Position numbers and translations under genes: made by a program. A stretch of DNA of 63,546 nucleotides, counting the filler, from Octopus bimaculoides (Eukaryota): NCBI RefSeq assembly GCF_001194135.2. It is 3 parts of 3 records of this genome, joined end to end, with 100 filler letters (N's around TTAATTAATTAA, not from the genome) between each part and the next. Parts side by side here need not be neighbours in the genome. Positions count along the whole stretch, not along the records: positions 32,743 to 63,546 come from NC_068983.1; 2 more parts are not named here. One strand, written 5' to 3'. A model generated the notes under the pieces. That model ran no database searches and had not been told where the DNA came from. It saw only the letters and a list, made by a program, of their open reading frames with translations. Within the stretch, counting starts at the first letter, position 1. Each line of letters opens with the position of its first letter. Shown in pieces: positions 50,701 through 63,546 of the stretch.

Positions 50701-51152
50701 TACAGGTATTTACTATTTCTACCAATTCACCACTACTAATTCTACCTGAAAGTATAGATTGAGTTTCTTTCTTATATGCAAGGTCAAAACATTCATGACA
50801 AACAATTGTGTTTGCATGGCATTCATGACCATAAAACAGGGACACAAGCAGTGTAAGTTTACCAACATGATCTGGCTTATACCAGGAAATAAAGCAGCTT
50901 CGTTGATATCCGCTTCTTATTCACTTACTGCCACTGCCTTCTTAGAACTTGACTAAAACGGTGGTTGTTTGAGAGCCCCCCCCACCACCACCAAAAAAAA
51001 GAAAAATATTTATAAACAAAATAATTGTAAAAGTTTCCAAATTGTCACATTTTTCTTTTCTTTTTCCCCCCATATAATTGATAACATATTCATTCATTTT
51101 TTTTTTTTATGGTTTGGGAAATGGAAACAAATTATAATTCTCNNNNNNNNNN

Positions 51153-51191
<39 letters not shown>

Positions 51192-51589
51192 TGCATACAT
51201 ACATACATACATACATTTAGTCATTCATGGATCCATTTATTGATATTTGGTTTGACACTAGATAATATGAAACTCTGAGTAACCCAATATATTAACAAGT
51301 TTTGAAAAATACACATACACACAAGCAAGCATGGCAGACAGAAATTTCACTGGATGAAAATATCCTTCATTAGGATATTAAAGAATTAAGACTAATGAAG
51401 TAATAAGCTAGATCACTTATCAAATGTATGTAAAAGGTACATTATGTTACAAAGTATTACAACACATACACACACAAACAAACAAAATATTTATTAGGCA
51501 GATTCCAACCATGACTGTCACCACTTCTGCTGTTAGAAAACCCTGATGAACATAGGCAGTACAGATTCAAACATATCTAACTCTCAGAT

Positions 51590-51880
51590 CTCTTCAGATG
51601 ATCACCACATTAGAACCATATCAGCGCATGAAGTTGGTGCCAGACTTAGAGACACAATGAATAACATCATCATTAAATTCAATAACAAACAATTCATCAA
51701 AGAGGAGTAAGGCAGTACTATCTGAGGTGGGACTGCCAGAAGTGCTGAGAACATCTTTATAGGGTGTTGTGGAAGAGAGAATTAAAACACAAACCAACAG
51801 CCTTAAATCTAACACGGTACCCAACTCCCACCCACATTCATTGACAATATCAACCTGGTAGTCAGTCCCATTTTACACCT
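51590..51880 (-). pseudogene. Possible ancient non-LTR RT remnant
   Basis: TSGSPTSDSTALLLFDELFVIEFNDD..., then CADMVL after a frameshift, loosely resembles GVPQGS.LGPLLF...NDL...YADD. Confidence 0.25.
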
Positions 51881-52244
51881 TGACATATAATCACAACATG
51901 CAGAATACATTGAGTGTACCTAACAATATTTAGCAAAATACTGTCCATGAAAGTATAAAAAAAAGTCACAATGGACCACCCTTTCTTTTTGATACCCCCA
52001 ATAAGAGGTTACCCGTACTAAACACCGAGTTATGGATAGAGAACGTCATCATCTGAGCCATGCATCTCCCACTCATGCAACAAGAAAGTTAATTATAAGA
52101 AAAAGATTCAGCTGTATCGGAAACTGTCGGAATCAACCTCTTAACGGCTGATCTTGCAAGAATAATGAGGAATGTATCACAACTGTGTCTACCTCACAAG
52201 TGGTGGAAGCATATCTTCTACATGTAAATAGCTAGAGCAAGGAT

Positions 52245-52291
<47 letters not shown>

Positions 52292-53200
52292 NNNNNNNNN
52301 NNNNNNNNNNNNNNNNNNNNNNNNNNNNNNNNNNNNNNNNNNNNNNNNNNNNNNNNNNNNNNNNNNNNNNNNNNNNNNNNNNNNNNNNNNNNNNNNNNNN
52401 NNNNNNNNNNNNNNNNNNNNNNNNNNNNNNNNNNNNNNNNNNNNNNNNNNNNNNNNNNNNNNNNNNNNNNNNNNNNNNNNNNNNNNNNNNNNNNNNNNNN
52501 NNNNNNNNNNNNNNNNNNNNNNNNNNNNNNNNNNNNNNNNNNNNNNNNNNNNNNNNNNNNNNNNNNNNNNNNNNNNNNNNNNNNNNNNNNNNNNNNNNNN
52601 NNNNNNNNNNNNNNNNNNNNNNNNNNNNNNNNNNNNNNNNNNNNNNNNNNNNNNNNNNNNNNNNNNNNNNNNNNNNNNNNNNNNNNNNNNNNNNNNNNNN
52701 NNNNNNNNNNNNNNNNNNNNNNNNNNNNNNNNNNNNNNNNNNNNNNNNNNNNNNNNNNNNNNNNNNNNNNNNNNNNNNNNNNNNNNNNNNNNNNNNNNNN
52801 NNNNNNNNNNNNNNNNNNNNNNNNNNNNNNNNNNNNNNNNNNNNNNNNNNNNNNNNNNNNNNNNNNNNNNNNNNNNNNNNNNNNNNNNNNNNNNNNNNNN
52901 NNNNNNNNNNNNNNNNNNNNNNNNNNNNNNNNNNNNNNNNNNNNNNNNNNNNNNNNNNNNNNNNNNNNNNNNNNNNNNNNNNNNNNNNNNNNNNNNNNNN
53001 NNNNNNNNNNNNNNNNNNNNNNNNNNNNNNNNNNNNNNNNNNNNNNNNNNNNNNNNNNNNNNNNNNNNNNNNNNNNNNNNNNNNNNNNNNNNNNNNNNNN
53101 NNNNNNNNNNNNNNNNNNNNNNNNNNNNNNNNNNNNNNNNNNNNNNNNNNNNNNNNNNNNNNNNNNNNNNNNNNNNNNNNNNNNNNNNNNNNNNNNNNNN

Positions 53201-53232
<32 letters not shown>

Positions 53233-53299
53233 GCTTGGTTACATCAAACTCCCCAAACAAAACAACCATGAGACAAGAAAGGAATGTCTATGTTCTACT

Positions 53300-53510
53300 G
53301 GGTCATTCAAGCTGCCAGAAATAGGGACCAAATCTCCCTCATTTCACACTCCACAATTATCTTTAAAACGGGTTAAATTAGATAGTGTAGTCCAACCTAA
53401 ATCATCTCTGAATAAAGGAAGGGATGGTCACAGCTGGAATGCTTTTGATCATAGGTCTGTTTGACCAGAGATGATTCTTTGTGGCTGGACAACAAAACTT
53501 TCCTCCAACA
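53300..53510 (+). mobile_element. Family-C SINE-like copy
   Basis: GCCAGAAATAG...CCAAATCTCCCTC...GGGATGGTCACAGCTGGAATGC...GACAACAA. Confidence 0.55.
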
Positions 53511-54459
53511 TAGAATACCGGAAACAAACTAAAAAAAAAAAACAAACAAAGGGGGAAAATGAAGGAAGTTGCCCGAGATTTTAATGTTAATCTACAGACC
53601 CCCACCCCATGCTAATATATGTATGCCATGGTTGTGTATATAGGGACTCCAGTGCATTGCTTTGCATGGGAGGCTATAAAGCTGTTAGGGAGGCCCTGCA
53701 GCCATCCTATCACCCACAATAGTTCTTCAAAATGGCTTTATAACCACTGATAGCACCGTAAGCATTATGCTGAAGGGAATGGAAGTATAGTGATGTAAAC
53801 AGCAAAAATATGCTTTAGAGGGCAAGTACAATGAGGACATGTTAAATAATAAAGTTTAGTTACCATTAAAATGATAAGATGAACATAGTTGCAATGCCTT
53901 TCATCATAAGTTTGCTCAATCATGAATTGACCAAGAAGAGAGACAACAACAAAAATACCAACACTATGAACCTATCACCAACATCACAATGATGTTATAT
54001 ATAGATGAGTACAAAATAAAGACACAAACCACAGGACTAATTAGGCTATTGAGCAACAGCTTGTTGAAGAATCAAATTGCAAATTTTTGAGGATACGAGA
54101 ACAAACACAAGTGATAGGACAAGAGAGAGGGGGGAGCAAACATATAAGAAAAAAACGAGAAAGAGAAAAACATAAGTCACCACAACATATCAAAGTTTTT
54201 TCCTTTTTTTTCTTTTTACTAAATATGGTGAAGTATCAATGATCAAATTTGGGTTATTTATTGAAATCTCAGAGTATATAACAATAGATTGTGCATATTT
54301 AAATGAATTCAGAAGACAACTACCATGCAGTTGTTTTAATTTGAACACCCAGCCTTAGAGAAAATATTTTTACCAAACAAGACAAAAGAGCCACAAAGTA
54401 CTTATATGTGTGTGTATTGTATATATATTATGTGTATTGTGTGTGTGAGTGTGTATAGT

Positions 54460-54670
54460 TTAACCCTTTAGCATTCAGATTAAATTGTATCATGATTCTT
54501 ATTAACATTGTTTTGAATTAATCAGGCATTATTGCATGCCTTCGAGATTTTGATGATGTGATAGTATATTCTTTGAATGACATTGTAAGATAAATGTCAG
54601 AGACACAGTCTAGTCGGTGTGGACATAAAACAGGTAGAATATTTCAACCGGATTTGGTAAATTTAAATAG
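54460..54670 (+). mobile_element. piggyBac-like MITE end (TTAA + CCC...)
   Basis: TTAACCCTTTAGCATTCAGAT start fits the TTAA target / CCC TIR signature; the opposite end is not evident. Confidence 0.35.
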
Positions 54671-55447
54671 ATTAATTGTATTGTTTTTAAAGTGCGGTTA
54701 AACAGCTTTGCAGCTGAATCCAAGATGGCAATGTCAGTAAACAGTTGAAGATGTCTTTGAACTGAGTAGAACATTTTCAAAACCAAGACTGTGTTTTTAA
54801 TATAGGCACTATCTAATAATTGTAATAATCGATGAAAGAAAGACCATGTCTATTCTGCATAAATTTGTTATTGAAAATGAAAATTAGAGAAATAGTTTTT
54901 TTTTTTTTAAACTTGCATAGCTTATGAACAAGAGGAGTGTAGGGAGGAGGGGGACATCTATCTAAACTAATGATGAAAAACATGCTTGTGTATATTACAC
55001 ACACAAATGTTGTATATCTATGAGGAAGAGAGAGAAATTTACATTCAACACATAAATACATGCATGTGAGTGTACAAAAGGTGAAGAAAAGTACTCAATA
55101 CATTTAACAGAGCTTATTTGTTTAAGCTGTTCGTTCGCTCTGTTGATTCTTGGTGTCTTTTGCTTATGTGTACTCATTCAGATGATACTAATGGAATGTG
55201 GATTACTATGGATTACCAGCTTGAAATGAATACATATCCACACACACACACACACACACACACGCACGCACGCACGCACGCACAAATATACATGGATTTA
55301 TTAAAATTACAGTGCTACAATAATTGTAATAGTATACACTTCATTAAAAATTCAAATAATTCACTAAATGGAAAAAAAAAAAAAAAAAACACACACTCAA
55401 CTATCAAACTTAAGAGCAGCTTTTAAGACCTTCAAATAAATCAAGTC

Positions 55448-55490
<43 letters not shown>

Positions 55491-55967
55491 ATATATTGAT
55501 TTGTGTACTGCAAGAAAACATAAATCATGATGATTCGACTGGCATGAACCATTATGTATTTTGCAAATGCACAGCTTTTTACCAACTCAACCATTATTTT
55601 TTTTTTTTTTTCATTATTATCATTATTATTATATTCCTTTTAATGTGCAAGTCAGTGAGTCTGTGCGTTTGGATTTTCAATGTATCTCCAATAGAAAAAC
55701 AAAATACAACTAGAAGAACTGTAAGAAATGTGAAGTAATTGGTAACCGTTTACTAATTGCTTGTTTGGAATTTTGTGGCAGAGTAAGACAACCTGAAGGG
55801 AAATGTTCAAGTCACATGGAACCTAGACCTAACCAATCTTACATCAAATGATACCAGAACCATCAGAATCACAATATGGAAATTTAACACTTTCTGAGTA
55901 TCTTAACATATATACAATGAATAGAGGCTTGTAGAGATTAAAAAAAAAAAAGGTGTGTGCATATGTG

Positions 55968-56140
55968 CACACAGGTGCAGTATGGCCAAATGGTTAAAGA
56001 GAGCTCACTTCAATCATGAGGTATGGTTTGGATTCGGCTGCATAACATCCTGGGCAAGGGTCATTTTCTATGGCTTTGGGTTAATACCTAAGGAATGAAA
56101 TAACGTAGAGAGAAACTACATAGAAGCCAGCTGAATATCT
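55968..56140 (+). mobile_element. Degenerate family-A-like SINE
   Basis: GGCCAAATGGTTAA...GGATTCGG...ATCCTGGGCAAG; a similar copy lies at 57380-57470. Confidence 0.45.
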
Positions 56141-56665
56141 TGTACCATTATTTCAAAGATCCAGCATTGCCACACTATATCATGAACATTCTCTCAAGAA
56201 TTACATTAATAGTATGTCTGTGAATACTCAGTCACATACATGCTAATTCTATGAACCTGGTAGTGTAGTTGATTGAACACTCATGGCTTAGATCCATTTT
56301 ATTTATACAGACACACACACACACAACTGAGGATTATAATTCATGTATTCACGATTTCCTTTCATTAAAATTTTTTAATAAAATCGTTAGATTATAAATT
56401 GATTATTAAGGTTCTATGAATTAGAATAATCAATATTAATATTGGAATAACTTGAGTGAGTTAAACGTCACTCGCGTTGTTCAGAAATAATCTATTACAA
56501 CCAGTTTTCTTTTTTTAAATTCTTTCTCCAACTTATTTTATGCTTAAATAAAAATTGTTTAATATACTTTTTTTTAGTATTTACTACCCACTGCCACTGC
56601 CTTCCCCAAATATATATATATATGCATATATATGTATATATATATATATATGTGCATGTATATGT

Positions 56666-56705
<40 letters not shown>

Positions 56706-57870
56706 GATGGAGGCAGATATACACACACACATACAAAAATATTCTTTCCTCAATCTCAGTTATTTGAAACATATACATGATACTGAAGACAATAGTTTAA
56801 AACACCATAAAAATTCAATAAAACATGGGAGATAGTAGTTTCAAAGTGCATATGAGACATTATTGTTCTCTTGTTTTGACTGATGATACTCATAAAAGCA
56901 TCAAAATATTAGTAGTAAAAAAAAAAAAAAAATGAAAGACCCTTCTCCTCCTGAAATATACACATACAAACATATATAAAAAAACAAAATCAATTTATTA
57001 CCTAATTAAAAAGATAGGAAGAGAAAGTGAGTGAATGAATTAATTAAAATAAACAATAAGATAAAGATGCTGGGATATGGAAAAAGATATGAATCTCAGA
57101 GGATAGCATTTATTCAAAGATGCGAAGATCACATGTCAGAAAAGTTGCATAACAACTTTCCTTCAAATTACAGAGAGTCTAAGGTTTCAAATGGCAGTCC
57201 TTTAGCCTTAATAGAAACACGGATTCATGTTAAATGCTCTACTAGTTGAGCCAAATTATTCATTACTAACAGAAGAATGCATAATATATATATACACGTA
57301 TGTGTGTGCATCAATACATACATGTGCATCCATATACATGCATTTATACATACATACATGTATGTGTGTGTGTATCATATAGGTGCAGTATAACGAAATG
57401 GTTCAGATGTCCACATTGTTACCATGGAGTTTGGGGTTCAATCCCACATGGAGGCATCTTGCGCAAATGTTAATTTTTTTTTTTTTTGTCTTTCTTTTAT
57501 GTATGAATAAGATTCAGTTGATTGGAAGCTGAACAGATTGTCAGGTGGACTCTACTTGTAATTCAAATGGCCCAGCTTTGTCATGCACTGAGTCAAGCTG
57601 ATTCTACCTCAGAATTATATTAAGGGTACACATATGACTGTGACTGTGGAATATTCAACCACTTACCTGCTAATCCAGGAACAGCCTATTCAGTCAATCA
57701 AACAACTGAATCTTCATCATGAAATGACCATCACTGTGTATGCACACACATACCTACATAAATAGATATACTTATATATATGTTTATACACACATACACG
57801 GCACTTGTACATGCACATACATATATACACACACAAATTCAAATGTATATTCAAATATATACACATGTAA

Positions 57871-57972
<102 letters not shown>

Positions 57973-58902
57973 CATAGAAAAATTTATTCATTGTTTATTT
58001 TTCCTGTTGAAGTTTTTTCTTTTCATTTAATTTTTATTTTCTTTGTTAACATACACTGTAAGAAGAAATCGTAAATGCTAATGGAAGGGCTTGAGTTTTA
58101 TTATTATTATCATCATCATCATCATCATCATCATTGTTATTATTATCATTTCCTTTCATTTATAAAATTTGGCACAACCATTGTAATCTATTTGAAGAGC
58201 AGAAACATATGAAGATTCTATCTAGATAAAAGGGGGAAAAAAATCCCTCTCACCCCCACTCCCACCCACTGAAAATACCAAACAATAAAAGAAAGAGGAA
58301 GGAGAGAAAAAAAAATGGATACAAATATTTGTAATAAAACAATCTTTGATATACAGCTGCTGTCTGAAAAAATTATCACAGGATCTATTGCCGCAAGAGT
58401 TTGTTTCTTCATGCATGCACACATGCATAGAGATAAATGCATACATACACTCTGCACAAGTGTGGCCTATATATATATATATAAATATATATATATACAT
58501 ACATATATATATACACACATATATATACACACGCACACAAATATGCATGTATATATGTAGATTTGTGTATGTGGATACACACATGCACACATACATACAT
58601 ACACAAAACAGAGACACAAGGAATTATTGATTTTGTATGGGTAAATTCTTCTACCCATCAGTTTAAAAAGAAAAAGAAAATGAAAATATTTAATTATAAA
58701 GAAAATGAAATAAGGGCAAAAACAGATAGGAGGAAGAGGAGAGGAAGACATAAGATAGGACCAACTAATTTGTAACAATAAAACATAGAAACTAAAAAAA
58801 AATGAGATGGAAGACTTATTTACTAACCCAGCTCCTAACATGTATTTCTTAGTCACTATTTACAGTGGTAAAGAGAGAATAATAATAATAATAATAATAA
58901 TA

Positions 58903-59093
58903 ATCCTTTCTACTATGGGTATAAGGCTTGAAATTTGTGGGGAAGGGTTAAGCAATTATTTTGACCCCAGTGCTTAACTGGTATTTATTTTATCAAACCT
59001 AAAAGGATGAAAGTCAAAGCTGACCTTTGCAGAATTTAAATTCAGAACATAAAGCCAGTAGAAATGCCATTAAGCATTTTGTCTAGCATGCTT
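58903..59093 (-). mobile_element. Family-B SINE, CpG-decayed, next to (AAT)n
   Basis: TCCTTTCTACTATGGG...GACCCCAGTGCTTAACTGGTA...AAAGGATGAAAG. Confidence 0.75.
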
Positions 59094-59530
59094 ACAAGAA
59101 GAAAAAAGCATTGTTTTTAAATTCTAATGATAATTGTGAAAAATCTAATAGTCTATTTGTCTAATATAAAGGAAGGTCTTTTTTATAGCATAATGATGAG
59201 TATCTAAGGAAAAGAATATTAACATGAAATTCAGATTTGGAAATAATAAAAAAAAAAATTTTTTTCTTTAATGAAACAAAAAAATAAAGAAACCAAACAA
59301 TTCAGAAAGTTGTTTGAAATCAGAAAAAAAAAATTCAGTACACATTTTCCAAGATGTTTGGTATTAATGCTCATTCACAATCGTAATATAGATATGGCTA
59401 AATATGGAGTAATGAATGCTAATTATTATTATCTATTATTAATGTGAAAATGAAACAGCCCAAAACAAAAAGAATATAATGATAGTTTCATGACATTTTA
59501 TTCACACAAACCACTGCAGTTTCAAATTGG

Positions 59531-59541
59531 CAAGATGGCGG
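59531..59541 (+). promoter_or_regulatory. YY1-like motif CAAGATGGCGG in a CpG-retaining patch
   Basis: Matches the AAGATGGCGG YY1/start-proximal consensus; CpGs locally reappear over 59.5-60.7 kb. Confidence 0.35.
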
Positions 59542-60845
59542 TGTTAGCTGGGAATCTGTTGTTAAGCATCATGATCATTATCACGTCTATGAAGCTACGA
59601 GTTGCGATTAAATATAATACTACTGCTATTCTCTATCATAGTACTTAGAATTTACATAAATTATTCATATATAATTTATTCTCATTGAGACTTAACTTTA
59701 AAAAAATGTTTCATTCATTTTGTCCATCTGAAAAAAAATCGAAGCAGAGTTGCTTCCCTTCATAACAAGGGAGATAAGTAAGATTGGTGAAGACTTAAAG
59801 GCTGATTTCTCCAAACGATTAGACGACCGTTAAAACTTTAAATCTTTGTTCAAATTAGATACGACAGAGAGTAATAGGATAAATGTTGGNNNNNNNNNNN
59901 NNNNNNNNNNNNNNNNNNNNNNNNNNNNNNNNNNNNNNNNNNNNNNNNNNNNNNNNNNNNNNNNNNNNNNNNNNNNNNNNNNNNNNNNNNNNNNNNNNNN
60001 NNNNNNNNNNNNNNNNNNNNNNNNNNNNNNNNNNNNNNNNNNNNNNNNNNNNNNNNNNNNNNNNNNNNNNNNNNNNNNNNNNNNNNNNNNNNNNNNNNNN
60101 NNNNNNNNNNNNNNNNNNNNNNNNNNNNNNNNNNNNNNNNNNNNNNNNNNNNAAAAAAAAAAAAAAAAAGGGAAGGGATGAGGAAATACCTTAAATAAAG
60201 TAAATTTAAAAAAACAAAAAAAAACAGAAATAAAACAAAAATTAATAATAAACACAAAACAAAAAACAGCAAACTAATTTTAATATGAAGAAAACGTTAT
60301 GTTCTGTTCATAAAGATCTCCCTACCCCCAAATCAATTCCTGGAGAGAACAAAACAAAAATTAAATGGAGCAATTCAAAATAGTTACATCAGGACATGTA
60401 GATGAATGGCAACATAATTTCATTTTCAAATGCAAACGTTTGAAAGAATTCAACACAAGAAAGTTCAGAAGTTCAGAGTATAAGGTACGAAGAATCCTGA
60501 CTTACAGAGACAGAGAGAGAAGAAACCTACATACTGCTTACAACATAATTCTTAATCTTTCAGGGAAGGCACCTTACATGATTATTATTATTATTATTAT
60601 CATTATTATTATTTGCTACATCTATGTTTGACTAGTGTGAGATACGAGGGGAAAACAGTTGTTCGAAGTTCTCACTTCACAAGAGAGATGTTCTTGTTTT
60701 TGCTAATTCACTCCAAGTTGGGCAATAAGAGTTTCAACCTTTTGGTACATACATACAAACATAAGAAAAAAAAAATGCTAATATCTAAACACTGGTAGAA
60801 TCATCCAATCCAGGAAACATGATAGAGAGGAGGGGAGATCATTTG

Positions 60846-60903
<58 letters not shown>

Positions 60904-61109
60904 AAAAAGAGATTTTGGAATGAATATAACAAGTGGTTTTTCCTTTTTGTTTTTTTTTTGTTTTTTGTTTTTTCACATTTTGAAATGAACCATTAGAATT
61001 AGCCTTGAAGCAGCTGTAAATATGCAGTTTTGGAGACAAGAAAGTAACATAATAATAATAATAATAATAATAATAATAGTAATAGTAGTAATAGTAATTA
61101 AAGGTGGTG

Positions 61110-61258
61110 GTAGTGGTTTCAAATTTTAGCACAAGCCCAACATTTCTTAGGGAAGCAGGTAAGTTAATTACATCGACTCCCAGTGCTTAACTGATACTTA
61201 TGTTACCAAGCCTGAAAGGATAAAAGGCAAAGTTGACCCTGGCAGAAGTTGAACTCAT
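61110..61258 (-). mobile_element. Family-B SINE fragment between (AAT)n tracts
   Basis: TACATCGACTCCCAGTGCTTAACTG...GAAGGATAAAAGGCAAAGTTGACC. Confidence 0.7.
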
Positions 61259-63546
61259 AATAATAATAATAATAATAATAATAAAATACAATGAATGACT
61301 GATGAGTAAATAATTAAAAACAAATTTTCACATTTTACAATAATAATGTCTTAGGGATACCAGAACTATAGCAGAATTTCATTTTGGGCAATGGCAGTAA
61401 AAAAAAAAAATAATTAAAATAATAAGGATGAGTGAACTGAAAAAAAAATATCCACTTTTAATTTGAATGAATCATTTTTAAGTTTAAGTTGTTTAGGTTA
61501 ATTCAGTTCTTAAAATTTCTTTCAGATTTTAGTATTACGATGCCCATCTCCATATTGTTTCTCACATATAACTGATTAATTCATAGCTTGTTTATCAATA
61601 CTATTTATGAATACTGTTCATCAATACCAGCCATGTAATAGAGGCATTTGATAGGACATGATAGAATAACATTTCTTAAATGTTTATCCTTTAACAGACT
61701 GTTTATTTTTCTACTCATTATTAGCAATGGAAGCTGTATAAGTTCAAAAGTAGCAATCTGCAGATATACTTGATGTGTGTATTTGTTGAAAGCCTTACTT
61801 TGCTGTGTACATCTTAAAGTATCTCTTACAAACATACAGTGTTAAAAAACACAGAAAAATAGCAGCAGCAGCAGGTCACCCAGTACTGGTAATGGAATTG
61901 CTGTATCTAGATTTCTGCTTGTTGGTTTCTTCAGCAGCCAACATCCACTGCAAGCTGATATAGTTAAACAGTGATAGAAAGGTCACGAATGTTGCATTTT
62001 GCTGGCAAGTTGAATAAAAATTCACTCTTAGAAACAAAAGCAGTATTAATTCAAAATTAGCAATCTGTGTATATATTAAAAGACTTACTAAACTCTGGTA
62101 ATCATCTTAAAGTAACTCTTATAAGCATATAGTGTTGAAATTATTTACCCTCATTTACCAAATTTTTCTAAGTTTGTTTATCATGTTAGCTACACTATGA
62201 AACTTTGAGAAGTAAAGTGAATGTATTTCTAAGAAGGTCAATCACAAATCCATATAAGAAATGGAAAAAGAAAAAAAAAATACAAAATCATATAACACAG
62301 CAGCACATATTCCAAAGAATGGAGAAAAGAAATGGGGCCCAAGGAATCATATCGTGATTGTCACAAATGACACTACCATTATTACAGCTGAATTAGTTTG
62401 TCCAATTTTGTTTGCATAATTAATGAGGTTGATTTACAAAATCTAAAAAGAACTGGAAAAAAAAATGAAAAGAAATTTGTCCAAAAATATATGTTATTAT
62501 TATACTATAAAGGAATTTATGTATGACATAAATCTCGTTTTTTTTTCTGTTTAAAAAGAAAAATTAGACGAAAAAAATCACTGGAACTACTTAAGTTGAG
62601 AAGAAACTTGGAAGCAGATAAATAGCATGAATTAGAAGAGGATACATTTTGTCAAAAATTCTAGTAAGATGAGAAGATTAAATTAGAAAAAGAATGAATA
62701 TTGTTTTGAAAGTGCATTTTAAAAAGACAGGTTTTGTCAATTTTTTTTATTCATTTTTTTGCTTGTTTTAGGTAAGATATTGAAGGAGGAAGAGAAAACA
62801 AAACTATCTCTTCTGGTAAAAAAAATATTAGAAGGAAAATAAATTTTAAACACAGATGTTCTAGAAGTTCTACTATTTGTATTTTGTCCAATTCAAATAC
62901 TACAAAATCTACATTTAAATTACACACACACACACATACATACATATATACACACATACATATACACACAAATCAGACAGTATCCCTAGTACTATAAGTT
63001 GAATGCTTTGAAATTAAATGGAATATTGGAAGTTTCAATGAGGAGAGGTGGGTGAAATGGTGATGATAATGGGATGATGATGATGATGAAAGAAAAGAGT
63101 ATATTGTGAAAAGGTTTTGAATTTGTATTTATCCTACTGTTATATATATATATATATGAGATTTATTTTGTTGCTGTTTCTTTCAGGAAAGCAAAATGGC
63201 CAACAGAAAAGAAAGAAAAAAGCTTTACTGCCACAAACTAAGTTAGAGCTTTGAAAAAAAAAAAAAAAATTAAAAGTTCAAGGGGGAGGACAAAAAGTAC
63301 AACTTGTGTCAAGTATATAACAATGATTTGGAGAGAACAAAGGGAAAAAAAAACAATTACATATTTCTTTTATGTTTGTGACAAAAAAAAAAACAAACTG
63401 TAACTTGAAATTCACTCGTAAGATGTTAAGGGTTGCAATGACCCTAAATCGTTATTGAAATATAATTAAAGCAAGAAACAATTTGGACAGGTGAGAAAGG
63501 AAGACTCCAAATTTAAACAGGAAAACTCAAAATAAGAGTAAAGTAA

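Overview
AT-rich, microsatellite-saturated eukaryotic genomic DNA from a draft assembly, with many N gaps and two artificial 100-bp joins carrying a TTAATTAATTAA six-frame-stop linker. The repeat repertoire looks cephalopod/octopus-like; this comes from recalled repeat families, not a database search. No host protein-coding gene can be named, and nearly all ORFs in the track are microsatellite or N artefacts. Supported content: a decayed Penelope-like retroelement (RT plus GIY-YIG, 31.3-32.5 kb), an L1/Tx1-type RT remnant, two Tc1/mariner transposase remnants (one DD34D-type, one with about 41-residue D-D spacing), many copies of at least three tRNA-derived SINE families, and MITE-like pieces. 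The main result of the hunt is a set of seven minimal type I hammerhead-ribozyme (HHR) motifs with palindromic stem III, in at least four different non-coding repeat contexts. These are a roughly 344-bp retrozyme-like unit, a fold-back element, a tRNA-headed SINE-like chimera, and a three-copy family showing stem I covariation. The 3' tail of the tRNA-headed HHR element also sits inverted at the 5' truncation point of the Penelope RT. This suggests a Penelope-driven set of non-autonomous ribozyme-bearing elements (inference). Also noted: a CpG-decay domain beyond about 32.7 kb, head-to-tail same-strand SINE arrays, a perfect 20-bp hairpin, and a CpG-retaining patch with a YY1-like motif near 59.5 kb.
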